Positions 1-26,402 of a DNA stretch of 64,000 bases are shown here, piece after piece (the first letter of the stretch is position 1; every line of letters starts with the position of its first letter). A program made the translations under genes and the position numbers. Source of the DNA: Macrostomum lignano (lineage: Eukaryota); NCBI GenBank assembly GCA_002269645.1, contig NIVC01000426.1, positions 310,001-374,000 of the forward strand. Direction: 5' to 3'. Under the pieces are notes generated by a model. That model saw only the letters and a list, made by a program, of their open reading frames with translations, searched no databases and was not told the DNA's origin.

Positions 1-1517
1 CGATAGTTTTTCATTAGGTGTATTGAACGCATGAAGCAAATCTGTTATTACGACAGAGAATTTTAATTTAAAATTTATCAATGTTCAGCGATCCCATTCT
101 CTTTCAGTGTCAGCAGCCTCAGATCCCGCAACCTCTCTGTGTGTCAGCAGCCTCAGATCCCGCAACCTCTCTGTGTGTCAGCAGCCTCAGATCCCGCAAC
201 CTCTCTGTGTGTCAGCAGCCTCAGATCCCGCAACCTCCCTGTGTGTCAGCAGCCTCAGATCCCGCAACCTCCCTGTGTGTCAGCAGCCTCAGATCCCGCA
301 ACCTCCCTGTGTGTCAGCAGCCTCAGATCCCGCAACCTCCCTGTGTGTCAGCAGCCTCAGATCCCGCAACCTCCCTGTGTGTCAGCAGCCTCAGATCCCG
401 CAACCTCCCTGTGTGTCAGCAGCCTCAGATCCCGCAACCTCCCTGTGTGTCAGCAGCCTCAGATCCCGCAACCTCCCTGTGTGTCAGCAGCCTCAGATCC
501 CGCAACCTCCCTGTGTGTCAGCTCCCATTGTCCAATTCGAACAAACTATAAAGAAATATTCTTTTTAGTGCGATATGTGGCACTCACCCATCAGAGCAAA
601 AGCCGTCAGAACCCGCAATGAGATTTTCAACGATTTTTCAGACATGGCAAAAATATCGAATATGTTTTGACACAAAAACACCACAGATAGCAGAGACAAC
701 GGTGGAAGCCAGCCGGAGCTTTTATGGTTTTCTAGGCCGACAAAACTTCTCTCCAATAGATGTGTTAGAAGATCCAACCTCACAACTATTGGCGTCCTGT
801 TGTCATGGAAACAATTTTGGGGTAGCTGGCTGCGTGACACGGGAAGATGCCTGGATGGCAAGAGAAGCTGGAAGAAGAATTGATAGTAATTTTTCTGAAA
901 ACAAATCGGTTGGGAGACGGCTGCAGTGTTTATAGAGTAAGTGGGTGAGTGAGTAAGTGAGTGAGTGAGTGAGTGAGTGAGTGAGTGAGTGAGTGAGTGG
1001 TGAGTGAGTGAGTGAGTGAGTGAGTGAGTGAGTGAGTGAGTGAGTGAGTGAGTGAGTGAGTGAGTGAGTGAGTGAGTGAGTGAGTGAGTGAGTGAGTGAG
1101 TGAGTGAGTGAGTGAGTGAGTGAGTGAGTGAGTGAGTGAGTGAGTGAGTGAGTGAGTGAGTGAGTGAGTAAGTGAGTGAGTGAGTGAGTGAGTGAGTGAG
1201 TGAGTGAGTGAGTGAGTGAGTGAGTGAGTAAGTGAGTGAGTGAGTGAGTGAGTGAGTGAGTGAGTGAGTGAGTGAGTGAGTGAGTGAGTGAGTGAGTGAG
1301 TGAGCGAGTGAGTGAGTGAGTGAGTGAGTAAGTGAGTGAGTGAGCAAGTGAGTGAGTGAGCAAGTGAGTGAGTGAGCGAGTGAGGAGGGACTCACTCTCC
1401 AGCATCTGGCAAGTGGGTTTAAAGCCCACACGCTAGCGGCCGGCTGTTTCGCTAATGGCCTCTTCATCCATGTGTTTTCATCGACATTGGCGGGCAGATT
1501 AGTGAATAATTCATTCA
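1..1517 (-). CDS. Unidentified multi-exon protein-coding gene, partial (5' end unresolved, 3' end off-window)
   Basis: Predicted exons ~1517-1396, 867-588 and 41-<1. GTGAGT donors at 1395 and 587, pyrimidine-AG acceptors at 868 and 42; phases match (0, then 1) and the frame stays open: ...NPLARCWR|LLLPSRH...LRVLTAFALM G|DLLHAFNTPNEKLS. No family recognised. Confidence 0.55.
103..521. repeat. 34-bp minisatellite (GTGTCAGCAGCCTCAGATCCCGCAACCTCCCTGT)n, ~12 copies, intronic
   Basis: Direct tandem copies; explains ORFs 81-551, 107-568 and 139-621. Confidence 0.95.
938..1384. repeat. (GTGA)n microsatellite in an intron of the minus-strand gene
   Basis: Seen directly. Confidence 0.97.
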
Positions 1518-2108
1518 CTTAAGCAACATTTTTAGACAAAGGCCTGCGCTTTTAAACACAACAAAAGGCTTTTGTTAAAAAGCTAATTTCACCAATAATT
1601 GGATTTTTCTTTAGCCATGTCATTAAATGACAGGAAAGAAGATCTATTTTAGCAATTTATACACTATTTTTTGTACTTAACTATACACTATTTTAACACA
1701 GAAAGCACTACTATACTCGTAATTCTCAGTTACACTACTGACAGTAGTGAAAGGCAAATAAACGCTTTTGTTACCTATTTTCTTCTACTAAAAGCACTTT
1801 CTGAATTGTGTGTACTGTCTGCACTGTACAATGGGCTGCGCACAGCGTGAAAGGACAATGGGAGGGTAGGCAGGAGGGGCTTGGCTCGGACTACGAAATG
1901 TGGATTAATTAAACACACAGAATTACGGTTTCTGAGCAGCTTCCGTGATGCTTTTAGAAGGAAAAACAACCAGTTGAATAGAAAGGGCTCTCTTTCAGGG
2001 TTTCTATATAAACAAGTTCTGATTTTTTATTATGCCAATTGCTTAGCCAACTTACAAAAGTTGTCGTGTACTAGTACAATATTTTTTCTATCTGCGACAG
2101 CTGCTCCG

Positions 2109-15041
<12,933 letters not shown>

Positions 15042-15479
15042 CAGATAAAAACATTTCAATGACACATCAAAAAGGGTTGGAAGAGTTTTGAAAAAAGATT
15101 GTTGACAATGTAAAAGCTGACAATGTACGAGCTGAGTGTAAAACTGTCAGCCAATTAATTTTTGAAGGCCGACTCTTATTTATTTTTAAACACGGTAGCT
15201 CGTACTTGCTTTCTTTCTTCATCAAAAGGCAAAATTTTCGTTAACTTTTATTGCAAATGATCGATAACCTTTTTTCCTAGAAATTCATTTATTCTAACAA
15301 AAAATCGAAGTAAATTAAATATTCGACGCTCGCCTTCATATGAAGTCGCGATAAACTAACTGGTAGTTATTCAGATAAAGAACCGCGCGTTTTGGCCGAT
15401 TATAGGATAAATAGTTAGTATTCATCTATTAATTAACCTAATTAATTCACCGTAGGTATTTTCAGATCTTAACTAGCAA

Positions 15480-16900
15480 TCTACGCCCCCCGTTGGGGAG
15501 CCAAAGAAATGCAATACACGTTTTTTTAATAAGCTACATGTAGCCTTGAAATCTTAAAAAATCTACTGTCAAACTTCTAACCCTAACCAAAACCCTAAAT
15601 TCAATATTCTGTCTATGAGTTTTTGCATGATCGATGCTTCTATGATTTTTGGCATGACGCTTCCATTGTTTTTGCATGACGCTTCCATTATTTTTGCATG
15701 ATGCTTCCATGATAAACATTCTTAATAAGGTACATGAGCTAAGTTATAAGCTCCTTAACCCTAACCCTAACCCAAATCTTAACATAATAACCCTGAACCT
15801 AACCTTAAACCTAAACCCTAATACCAACCCTAACACTAACCCTACAGCCTGACATCTGCATAAGTTTGTGAAGTGCTAGTAGTATTTTTTAGCTTAGTAT
15901 CTTAGCGTTAGGGAGCCAAAAATGCAGTACAAGTTTTGTAATAAACTACATGTAGCATCTCTTAGCAACATACCTCAGAATTGTCCCTTGTAAGCCTTGA
16001 AATGTCAGTAATTCCCCCCACAAGCTTTAACAAATCAACTTCCCCCCTTGACATCTCAGCGATGCCCCCAAAAAGCCTTGAAATCTAAAAAAATCTGTCA
16101 ACCTTCTAACCCTAACCCTAACCCTAGCCCAACCCTAACCCTAACCCTAACCCTAACCCTAAAGCATTGAAATTTCAGTTTTCTGAGTCATTATAGCACT
16201 ACTACAGCATTATAGCGATTCCCTGCAAGCCTCGACATCGTAGGGATTCCCAAATGAATCTCTTAACTTCGACATGAAGCTTCTTTTATTTTTACATTAC
16301 GCTTTTCTATCAGCGAGCCCTGAGGAGTCAACAAATAATGTAATAAAAAGTTTTCAATAAACTACATGTAGCTTCTGACTTAAGCCTTGAAATCTCATTT
16401 ATACCCCGTGAGCCTTGACATGTCAGCGATGCCCCCATAAATCTTGAAATCTAAAAAATCCCTTGTTAACCTTGAAACCCGATAAAATATAACCCTCAAC
16501 CCACACTTGACCTAAACCTAACTTTAACCCAACCTAAAGCCTTGAAATCTCAGCAATTCTTCTCCCCTAAGCCTTGGAATTTTAGTGATTCCTTCTTTAA
16601 GAATCACAGCACTATAACGATTTCCACCAAGCTTTGACATCGTAGCAATTCCCAAATGAATCTTTTAACTTCGACATGACTTTTCTTTTATGTATACTTA
16701 GTGCTACTTTTATTTTTTACATGACTCTTCTTCTATCAGCGCCTCCCCCCGTGGCGAGCCAACAAAGAATGTAATAAAAAATTGAGTAAAGTACATGAAC
16801 TTTGAAGTAGCTTCTAACTTTTGCTTTGACATCTCAGAAACCCCCCCTGTAATCTCAGTTATTCTCTGTGAGCCTTGACGTCTCAGTAATTCTCCCCAGC
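15480..16900. repeat. About four degenerate ~420-bp modules, several with (CCCTAA)n-like tracts (longest 16106-16162)
   Basis: Module anchor G(G/C)GAGCC...AAT...CTACATGTAGC...CCTTGAAATCT recurs near 15495, 15911, 16314 and 16754. Confidence 0.7.
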
Positions 16901-16934
16901 ACAGCATTATAGCTGCATTTAATTTTTACATGAC

Positions 16935-19900
16935 ACCTTCATGTCTGACATGACGCTTCCTTTATTCTACCATGATGCTTCTTAATTTTTTAAATGACAC
17001 TTTCATTAGTCTTTAAATGAGGCTTCTATGATTTTTCATGACGCTTCTATGATTTTTACATGATGCTTCTATGATTGTTTATATGACGCTTCTATGCTTT
17101 TTACATGACGCTTCTATGATTGTCTACATGACGCTTCTATGCTTTTTAGATGACGCTTCTATGATTGTTTATATGACGCTTCTATGGTTTTTACATGACG
17201 CTTCTATGATTTTTTACATGACGCTTCTATGATTGTCTACATGACGCTTCTATGATTGTCTACATGACGCTTCTATGCTTTTTCCATGACGCTTCTATGA
17301 TTGTTTACATGACGCTTCTATGCTTTTTAGATGACGCTTCTATGATTGTTTATATGACGCTTCTATGCTTTTTACATGATGCTTCTATGATTGTTTATAT
17401 GACGCTTCTATGCTTTTTACATGACGCTTCTATGATTGTCTACATGACGCTTCTATGCTTTTTCCATGACGCTTCTATGATTGTTTACATGACGCTTCTA
17501 TGCTTTTTAGATGACGCTTCTATGATTGTTTATATGACGCTTCTATGATTTTTACATGACGCTTCTATGATTTTTTACATGACGCTACTATGATTTTTAC
17601 ATGACGCTTCTATGATTTTTTACATGACGCTTCTATGATTGTCTACATGACGCTTCTATGCTTTTTCCATGACGCTTCTATGATTGTTTACATGACGCTT
17701 CTATGCTTTTTAGATGACGCTTCTATGATTGTTTATATGACGCTTCTATGATTTTTACATGACGCTTCTATGATTTTTTTACATGACGCTACTATGATTT
17801 TTACATGACGCTTCTATGATTTTTTATATGACGCTTCTATGATTGTTTATATGACGTTTCTATGCTTTTTATATGACGCTTTTTTATGATTGTTTACACG
17901 ACGCTTCTATGATTGTTTACATGACGCTTCTATGATTTTTTACATGACGCTTCTTTGATTTTTACATGACGCTTCTATGATTGTTTACATGACGCTTCTA
18001 TGATGTTTATATGACGCTTCTATGATTTTTAAATGACGCTTCTATGATTTTTACATGACGCTTCTATGATTGTTTACATGACGCTTCTATGATTTTTACA
18101 TGACGCTTCTATGATGTTTATATGACGTTTCTATGCTTTTTACATGACGCTTCTTCGATTTTTTACATTACGCTTTTTTGATTGTTTACATAACGCTTCT
18201 ATGATTTTTTACATAACGCTTTTTTATGATTGTTTACACGACGCTTCTATGATTGTTTACATGACGCTTCTATGATTGTTTACATGACGCTTCTATGATT
18301 GTTTACATGACGCTTCTTTGATTTTTACATGACGCTTCTATAATTGTTTACATGACGCTTCTATGATGTTTATATGACGCTTCTATGATTTTTTACATGA
18401 CGCTTCTATGATTTTTACATGACGCTTCTATGATGTTTACATGACGCTTCTATGATTTTTTTAAATGACGCTTCCATGATTGTTTACATGACGCTTCTAT
18501 GATTTTTACATGACGCTTCTATGATGTTTACATGACGCTTCTATGATTGTTTACATGACGCTTCTATGATCGTTTATATGACGCTTCTATGATTGTTTAT
18601 ATGACGCTTTTATGATTTTTTACATGACGCTTCTATGACTTTTTAGATGACGCTTCTATGATTGTTTACATGACGCTTCTTTGATTTTTACATGACGCTT
18701 CTATGATTGTTTACATGACGCTTCTATGATTTTTACATGACGCTTCTATGATTTTTTACATAACGCTTTTTTATGATTGTTTACACGACGCTTCTATGAT
18801 TGTTTACATGACGCATCTATGATTGTTTACATGACGCTTCTATGATTGTTTATATGACGTTTCTATGCTTTTTATATGACGCTTTTTTATGATTGTTTAC
18901 ACGACGCTTCTATGATTGTTTACATGACGCTTCTATGATTTTTTACATGACGCTTCTTTGATTTTTACATGACGCTTCTATGATTGTTTACATGACGCTT
19001 CTATGATGTTTATATGACGCTTCTATGATTTTTTAAATGACGCTTCTATGATTTTTACATGACGCTTCTATGATTGTTTACATGACGCTTCTATGATTTT
19101 TACATGACGCTTCTATGATGTTTATATGACGTTTCTATACTTTTTACATGACGCTTCTTCGATTTTTTACATTACGCTTCTATGATTGTTTACATAACGC
19201 TTCTATGATTTTTTACATAACGTTTTTTTATGATTGTTTACACGACGCTTCTATGATTGTTTACATGACGCTTCTATGATTGTTTACATGACGCTTCTAT
19301 GATTTTTTACATGACGCTTCTTTGATTTTTACATGACGCTTCTATAATTGTTTACATGACGCTTCTATGATGTTTATATGACGCTTCTATGATTTTTACA
19401 TGACGCTTCTATGATTTTTACATGACGCTTCTATGATGTTTACATGACGCTTCTATGATTTTTTTAAATGACGCTTCCATGATTGTTTACATGACGCTTC
19501 TATGATTTTTACATGACGCTTCTATGATTTTTACATGACGCTTCTATGATTGTTTACATGACGCTTCTATGATCGTTTATATGACGCTTCTATGATTGTT
19601 TATATGACGCTTTTATGATTTTTTACATGACGCTTCTATGACTTTTTAGATGACGCTTCTATGATTGTTTACATGACGCTTCTATGATTGTTTACATGAC
19701 GCTTCTATGATTGTTTACATGACGCTTCTATGATTTTTACATGACGCTTCTATGATTTTTACATGACGCTTCTATGATTTTTACATGACGCTTCTATGAT
19801 TGTTTACATGACGCTTCTATGATCGTTTATATGACGCTTTTATGATTGTTTATATGACGCTTTTATGATTTTTTACATGACGCTTCTATGATTTTTACAT

Positions 19901-21562
19901 GACGCTTCTATGATTTTTTACATGACGCTTCTATGATTTTTACATGACGCTTCTATGATTTTTACATGACGCTTCTATGATTGTTTACATGACGCTTCTA
20001 TGATTGTTTACATGACGCTTCTATGATTGTTTATATGACGCTTCTATGATTTTTTACATGACGCTTCTATGATTTTTACATGACGCTTCTATGATTGTTT
20101 ACATGACGCTTCTATGATTTTTTAAATGACGCTTCCATGATTGTTTACATGACGCTTCTATGATTTTTTACATAACGCTTTTTTATGATTGTTTACACGA
20201 CGCTTCTATGATTGTTTACATGACGCATCTATGATTGTTTACATGACGCTTCTATGATTGTTTACATGACGCTTCTATGATTTTTTTAAATGACGCTTCT
20301 ATGATTGTTTATATGACGCTTCTATGATTTTTACATGACGCTTCTATGATTTTTACATGACGCTTCTATGATTGTTTACATGACGCTTCTATGATCGTTT
20401 ATATGACGCTTCTATGATTGTTTATATGAAGCTTTTATGATTTTTTACATGACGCTTCTATGACTTTTTAGATGACGCTTCTATGATTGTTTACATGACG
20501 CTTCTATGATTTTTACATGACGCTTCTATGATTGTTTACATGACGCTTCTATGATTTTTACATGACGCTTCTATGATTGTTTACATGACGCTTCTATGAT
20601 CGTTTATATGACGCTTTTATGATTGTTTATATGACGCTTTTATGATTTTTTACATGACGCTTCTATGATTTTTACATGACGCTTCTATGATTTTTTACAT
20701 GACACTTCTATGATTTTTACATGACGCTTCTATGATTGTTTACATGACGCTTCTATGATTGTTTACATGACGCTTCTATGATTGTTTATATGACGCTTCT
20801 ATGATTTTTTACATGACGCTTCTATGATTTTTACATGACGCTTCTATGATTGTTTACATGACGCTTCTATGATTTTTTTAAATGACGCTTCCATGATTGT
20901 TTACATGACGCTTCTATGATTTTTTACATAACGCTTTTTTATGATTGTTTACACGACGCTTCTATGATTGTTTACATGACGCATCTATGATTGTTTACAT
21001 GACGCTTCTATGATTGTTTACATGACGCTTCTATGATTTTTACATGACGCTTCTATGATTTTTTACATGACGCTTCTATGATTGTCTACATGACGCTTCT
21101 ATGATTGTCTACATGACGCTTCTATAATTGTTTACATGACGCTTCTATGATGTTTATATGACGCTTCTATGATTTTTTACATGACGCTTCTATGATTTTT
21201 ACATGACGCTTCTATAATTGTTTACATGACGCTTCTATGATGTTTATATGACGCTTCTATGATTTTTTACATGACGCTTCTATGATTTTTACATGACGCT
21301 TCTATGATGTTTACATGACGCTTCTATGATTTTTTTAAATGACGCTTCCATGATTGTTTACATGACGCTTCTATGATTTTTTACATGACGCTTCTATGAT
21401 TTTTACATGACGCTTCTATGATTTTTTACATGACGCTTTTATGATTTTTTACATGACGCTTCTATGACTTTTTAGATGACGCTTCAATGATTGTTTACAT
21501 GACGCTTCTATAATTTTTACATGACGCTTCTATAATTTTTACATGACGCTTCCATGATTTTT
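16935..21562. repeat. ~4.6-kb satellite, 21-23-bp unit (ATGACGCTTCTATGATTGTTTAC)n, with ~1-kb higher-order repetition
   Basis: Seen directly; the variant run GACGTTTCTATGCTTTTTATATGACGCTTTTTTATG occurs near 17852 and again near 18857. Confidence 0.97.
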
Positions 21563-22480
21563 TAGTTTTCTTGGCGTTAAAAAACTTTAATTAAAAAAAC
21601 TCTCTAAAAATTCGAACCATCGTCCCTGCATTTAGCAGTCAGTCTGTTTACCTCTAGGCTAGCTCTCATCGTTTTGATAACATCAAATTTTGCACTTATA
21701 TAACTCAACACTTTTAAATCCAAGCATAGAGTAAATCACACGAAGCAGTTATGACATAATCAGTTTCTCACTCAGTCAGTATCAGTTAACAATATGGTTA
21801 CGCAATTTAAATCAAGTCTGGTGCTACGCTTCCACACTGCATTTTCAATTCAAGTCGGAGTTACAATTCAGTTATGATGCAATCTATTTTAGAATCAGAA
21901 TTCAACCAGTCAATTTTTTTCTAGCATTCTTACAATGCATTTCAAGTCGAAAAGTTTGCTTGACCTTTGCAAAAAAGCATGTTTTTCGAGTATTTAATGC
22001 CTTTAGCATCGAGCAATTTCTTAGCCAAGACACATGTACCGTCGCGGGAAAATTTCTGATCGAACAGTGCAAGTCTCATGAAAATCGGTTAAGCCATTTT
22101 TTCTCTAATCGATTACAAGCAAGCAAGCAAGCAAGCAAGATTTTCATTTTTAGTATATACGAGGCCAACTCCTCCTCTGGAGGAGAAAGGGGAAGAATTC
22201 CCATCACCGGTACTCCATTCCCTGAAATGCCATTCCCTGAATCCCATCATCCAACTCCTCTCCGCGAAACTGAACATCATCGAAATCTTCTCCGTAAAAG
22301 AGAACTCCATCAAACACCTCTCCGTGAAACTGACATTCATCAAAATCCCCTCCGAGAAATAGAAATCCTCTCCACCAAACAGAAATCCTCTCCGTCAAAA
22401 TTAAAACATTGAAATCGTCTCCGCTAAACTGGACTCAATCGATTTTTTTCCGTCAAACAACTCAACTCTCCAGATTCATT

Positions 22481-22510
22481 GGTTAGGGTTAGGGTTAGGG
22501 TTAGGGTTAG
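22481..22510 (+). repeat. Interstitial (TTAGGG)n tract, ~5 copies
   Basis: GGTTAGGGTTAGGGTTAGGGTTAGGGTTAG seen directly. Confidence 0.9.
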
Positions 22511-22576
22511 AACTACGCACAGCTTCGTGTTAAAAGGCACTGATAAAAATATTGAACTAATTGAATCAATTCATTG

Positions 22577-23480
22577 CGCAACCGATTTCACAGTCAGTCA
22601 GTATCAGTCTCAGTTAAAGTTAACAAAAACATTGCGCAATCTAAATCAACCCTCCAATACACAGCAGCAGTGAGAAGTTGAACCCTCCCCCCCAACTTTA
22701 TCTATTACGTCTCGCAAAACTGAGAACAATTTTTGCAGAAAATTAAAAGCATGGAAATAGTTTTTTTAAATGCTGTGCTTTTTCTTTTCATATTTAAAGA
22801 TAACAAATTATATCCCCGAACTCAGCGTTGCAAGATCTTTCCAGCAATATAAGTTTCTCCTATCAAAGTTAGAAACTCGAGCAACAGTTTGCGTTTGAAA
22901 CTTTCTGATTTAAAGCATTGAAATATCGAGTGTACGTTCACTGCCTGCTAAAGAGGCTCGCAAGTTTATGCATTGAATTTCAATGTTCAAAACTTCACAG
23001 CGCAGCCTATTGAAAGGCACATATAATAAAACAAATTGATGGCGCAACCGATTTCACAGTCAGTCAGTATCAGTCTCAGTTCAAGTTAACAAAAAGTTTG
23101 CGCAATCTAAATCAACCCTCCAGTACACAGCGCCCGACCCCCTTCCACTACGCAGTGGCAGTTAGAAATTGAACCCCCAACTGTTGGGGGGTCAGTCGAA
23201 CGCCCATTGAACCCCAAAATGAGTACAATCTTTGCAGAAAGCTAAAAGTCTGGAAATAGTTTTTTTGATGCTGTGCTTTTAGTTTTTCTATTTAAAGCAA
23301 ACAATTTATATCCTCGAACTCAGTGTTGCAAGATCTATTCAGCAGTATAAGTCTCTTCTCTTAACATTTAGAACTCGAAGAGCAGTTAGCGTTTGAAACT
23401 GTCTGATTTATAGCATTGAAGTATCGAGTGTACGTTAACTACCTGCTTGCTAGCTGATGCATTGAATTTCAATGTCCAAC
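22577..23480. repeat. Two diverged ~450-bp direct repeats (22577-23005 and 23042-23480)
   Basis: Both begin GCGCAACCGATTTCACAGTCAGTCAGTATCAGTCTCAGTT and stay collinear; a partial relative lies near 21765. Confidence 0.8.
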
Positions 23481-24157
23481 AAATACACAGGGCTGCCCAT
23501 TGAGAGGCAAGAAAACTTATCAGTAGCCAAATCATTGCGCAATTATCTATACAGTCAGCCAGTGAGCCAGGGTCCAAGTGTACACACGCCGCCACTGAGA
23601 ACGCCCCCATCCCCCCACTGGAGAGAAAATACACTGCCGAGATAGGAAAAAGTTGTTGCGTAATCACTCAAAATTCATGCAAATTTTCAGCTCCGAGCGG
23701 AAAGAGAGGACAATTAAGATTATCAAAGGTCAGAATTGCCGTTTTCTGCTTTTTTAGGGATCTTAAAATGTAAAAATAAAAGATTAAAATAGCCTAAAGC
23801 CATCCTCGGAAAATTTGCAGTTTTCCCACATAAGTTTCAACGCTGACTTGCAAGTATTCTAGGAGGAGATATCCAACAAACACACACACACACAGACAAA
23901 CAACGCACCAGTTTTAGTATTAAGAGACGAAATAATTGTAATTTTTAATGAAAGTTCGTAAATTTTCTCTGTATATTTGCAAAAATCACCCATCTATCCA
24001 TATCTATCTAGTTTTCACAATTTTAAAGAAAATTCTACTCAAAAATATATTTAAGCGTGCGGTTGTTTTTCTTTTCTTCAACGCTCACACTTTCACAGAG
24101 CTGCATCTCGCTGAGCATTATTTACTAACATCATGTCACATGTGGTTCGGTAGTTAA

Positions 24158-24518
24158 TCTAACAGGTGACACTCCTATCTAACAGGTGACTCTCCTGTCT
24201 AACAGGTGACACTCCTGACTAACAGGTGACACTCCTGTCTAACAGGTGACTCTCCTGTCTAACAGGTGACTCTCCTGTCTAACAGGTGATTCTCCTGTCT
24301 AACAGGTGACACTCCTGACTAACAGGTGATTCTCCTGTCTAACAGGTGATTCTCCTGTCTAACAGGTGATTCTCCTGTCTAACAGGTGACTCTCCTGTCT
24401 AACAGGTGACTCTCCTGTCTAACAGGTGACACTCCTGTCTAACAGGTGACACTCCTGTCTAACAGGTGGCACTCCTGTCTAACAGGTGGCACTCCTGTCT
24501 AACAGGTGACTCTCCTGT
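24158..24518. repeat. 20-bp minisatellite (CTAACAGGTGACTCTCCTGT)n, ~18 copies
   Basis: Seen directly. Confidence 0.95.
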
Positions 24519-24806
24519 CGTACATGTAATAACTTTATTTTAAACAAGCACTCTAAAAGACGCTTTCAAGGTGGTTCCCCTCACCATCGGACTTGCTATT
24601 GCCAGTGCACTGATGCACAGATATATTATTTAGCATCACATTTTTTGTTAATTAAATCGTAAAAAAGTTCGGAGTCTTAAATGGTAAGTGAGCTCAAACT
24701 AAAAATATAATAACATTAATGAGTAACCAGAGAATAGCAAGAGATGTCACACGATGCACTTCAAAGGTCCAGCGTACATAGCAATGGCATTGAGAGAAAA
24801 AATGTT

Positions 24807-26288
24807 TTATAGAGTGGACTGGAGACTGGACTGCATCACTTGAACGCCCCACGTTGCAGCGCTGTAGCGAGAAGTCGAGCCAGATTGCGGCATCGGAGGT
24901 GGCGGAGGCGGAGGCGGAGGCGGCGTCGGCACCTCGGCGCAGCGGTCCAGCGACTCCATGCGGCGCATGTAGGCGGCGGGCGGCGGCGGAGGAGGCGGCA
25001 CCGGACGAGGAGGCGGCGGCTGAGGCCCCTCGTGCAGGCCGCTGCTGAAGAACTCGCTGTTGCTGTAGACGCCGCCGCCGCCCCCAGCCAGCGAAGGCAG
25101 CGACGGCAGCAGCTGAGGCGGCTCCGAGGCGGCCTGAAAGCTGTCGCTGGATGATGGCAGTAGCTGCCTCAGATGTCGGCCACCGGAGCGACTCAGAGTG
25201 GCCGCCTCCTCGGACTCGCCGGAGTCTATTCGGCGAAGTCGCAGCCGCGGCGGCGTCTCGGAGCGGCAGCAGCCGCGGCCGCCGACTAGGCAGGCCAGCA
25301 CGAACGGGTTGACGGCTGAGTTGCAGCAGGCGAACATGGTGAGGACTCGGTAGGCCACCGGCTGCCCTGAGTAGCTGGGGTCGGCCAGGGTCAGGGCGAA
25401 CAGGGGGTACCAGAACAGCACGAACAGCACCGTGAGCAGCAGCAGCATGTACAGCTTGGTCATGGCGTGGCGCTGAATCCGGCGCAGCAGGGCTCGCTCG
25501 GCCGCGGGGTCCGGACAGCCGGCCGGCTCGCCGGGTCCACCTGGCCGCTCCAGCGACTGCCTGACGGTGCGCGACAGCTGACTGTCTGCCAGTTGACCGG
25601 CCGCGATGTCCTGGTAGAGCTTGCGCAGGTACAGCACGGCCAGGCCCACTGCCAGGGTGACCAGGGTGATCCACAGCGCGTGCAGGACGTAGTTCCGAGT
25701 CTCGCCGTAGCGAAAAGTGCAATGCCCGATCTTCTCAACGTAGCTGGGATTGCCGGGCAGGAAGGCAACGCCCAGGTTGAGGATGATGCTGGCGAACCAG
25801 ATGGTGCTGATGCTGAACAGGATGCAGCAGCAGCTGCCGCTGTCCTTCACGCCGGCGTTCAAATCGGCGTAGACGTAGGCCTCGCTCATGACCATGGCCA
25901 GCAGGTTGAAGGCCGTGCCGGTGACGCAGACGATGAAGGAGCCGCCAAGGAGGCTGCAGAACCGGGGCTCCTGTTCATACAGAAGGCTGTTGGCGAACAG
26001 GAGGCTGTAAAGTGCCTTCATCAGGTCCAGCAGGCAGTGGTGAAACATGAACGAATTGGCGGCTTTTCTCAATCGCTTCACTGACAGGATCACCAGCGGG
26101 ATGCCGACGTTGCCGACGATCCCGACGATGCTGGCGCAGACCAGCAGGCCGTACTCGGCGTAGCGGGCGATGCCGAGCGAGTCTGGCGCCGGCGAGGCGA
26201 CTGGCGGCAGACGGCGGAGGAACGGCGACTCGGTGTACGCGTCGGCGGGCTGCAGGTCCTGGCTGACGGCGGCAGGCGGTGTCGGCAT
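24807..26288 (-). CDS. Class A (rhodopsin-like) GPCR, SREB/GPR27-85-173-like; intronless CDS, 493 aa, poly-Pro C-tail
   Basis: Seven hydrophobic segments; GN in TM1, LLD in TM2, TAFxL in TM3, GHCTFRY in ECL2, FWYP in TM6, NPFV in TM7, resembling SREB as recalled. The ATG at 26288 follows a pyrimidine-CAG acceptor; an in-frame ATG at 26357 is the alternative start. Confidence 0.88.
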   Translation of the reverse strand: MPTPPAAVSQDLQPADAYTESPFLRRLPPVASPAPDSLGIARYAEYGLLVCASIVGIVGNVGIPLVILSVKRLRKAANSFMFHHCLLDLMKALYSLLFANSLLYEQEPRFCSLLGGSFIVCVTGTAFNLLAMVMSEAYVYADLNAGVKDSGSCCCILFSISTIWFASIILNLGVAFLPGNPSYVEKIGHCTFRYGETRNYVLHALWITLVTLAVGLAVLYLRKLYQDIAAGQLADSQLSRTVRQSLERPGGPGEPAGCPDPAAERALLRRIQRHAMTKLYMLLLLTVLFVLFWYPLFALTLADPSYSGQPVAYRVLTMFACCNSAVNPFVLACLVGGRGCCRSETPPRLRLRRIDSGESEEAATLSRSGGRHLRQLLPSSSDSFQAASEPPQLLPSLPSLAGGGGGVYSNSEFFSSGLHEGPQPPPPRPVPPPPPPPAAYMRRMESLDRCAEVPTPPPPPPPPPPMPQSGSTSRYSAATWGVQVMQSSLQSTL

Positions 26289-26402
26289 GGCAGCGAAGGA
26301 CTGCAGGACGGAGAAGCGCGAGTTACAGGTTTGGATTGGAGTGCAGAGAAATGGCATTCATAGTGGAAGAATGCGTCAGAATAAGCTAAGCATTAAAACT
26401 TA

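Noticed and set aside
618-935. Plus-strand 105-aa ORF
   Set aside because: Antisense to a better-supported minus-strand exon; no motif and no matching splice partners.
24694-26084. Alternative-frame and antisense ORFs over the GPCR (24694-25722, 25467-26084, etc.)
   Set aside because: Shadows of GC-rich coding sequence with no domain signal.
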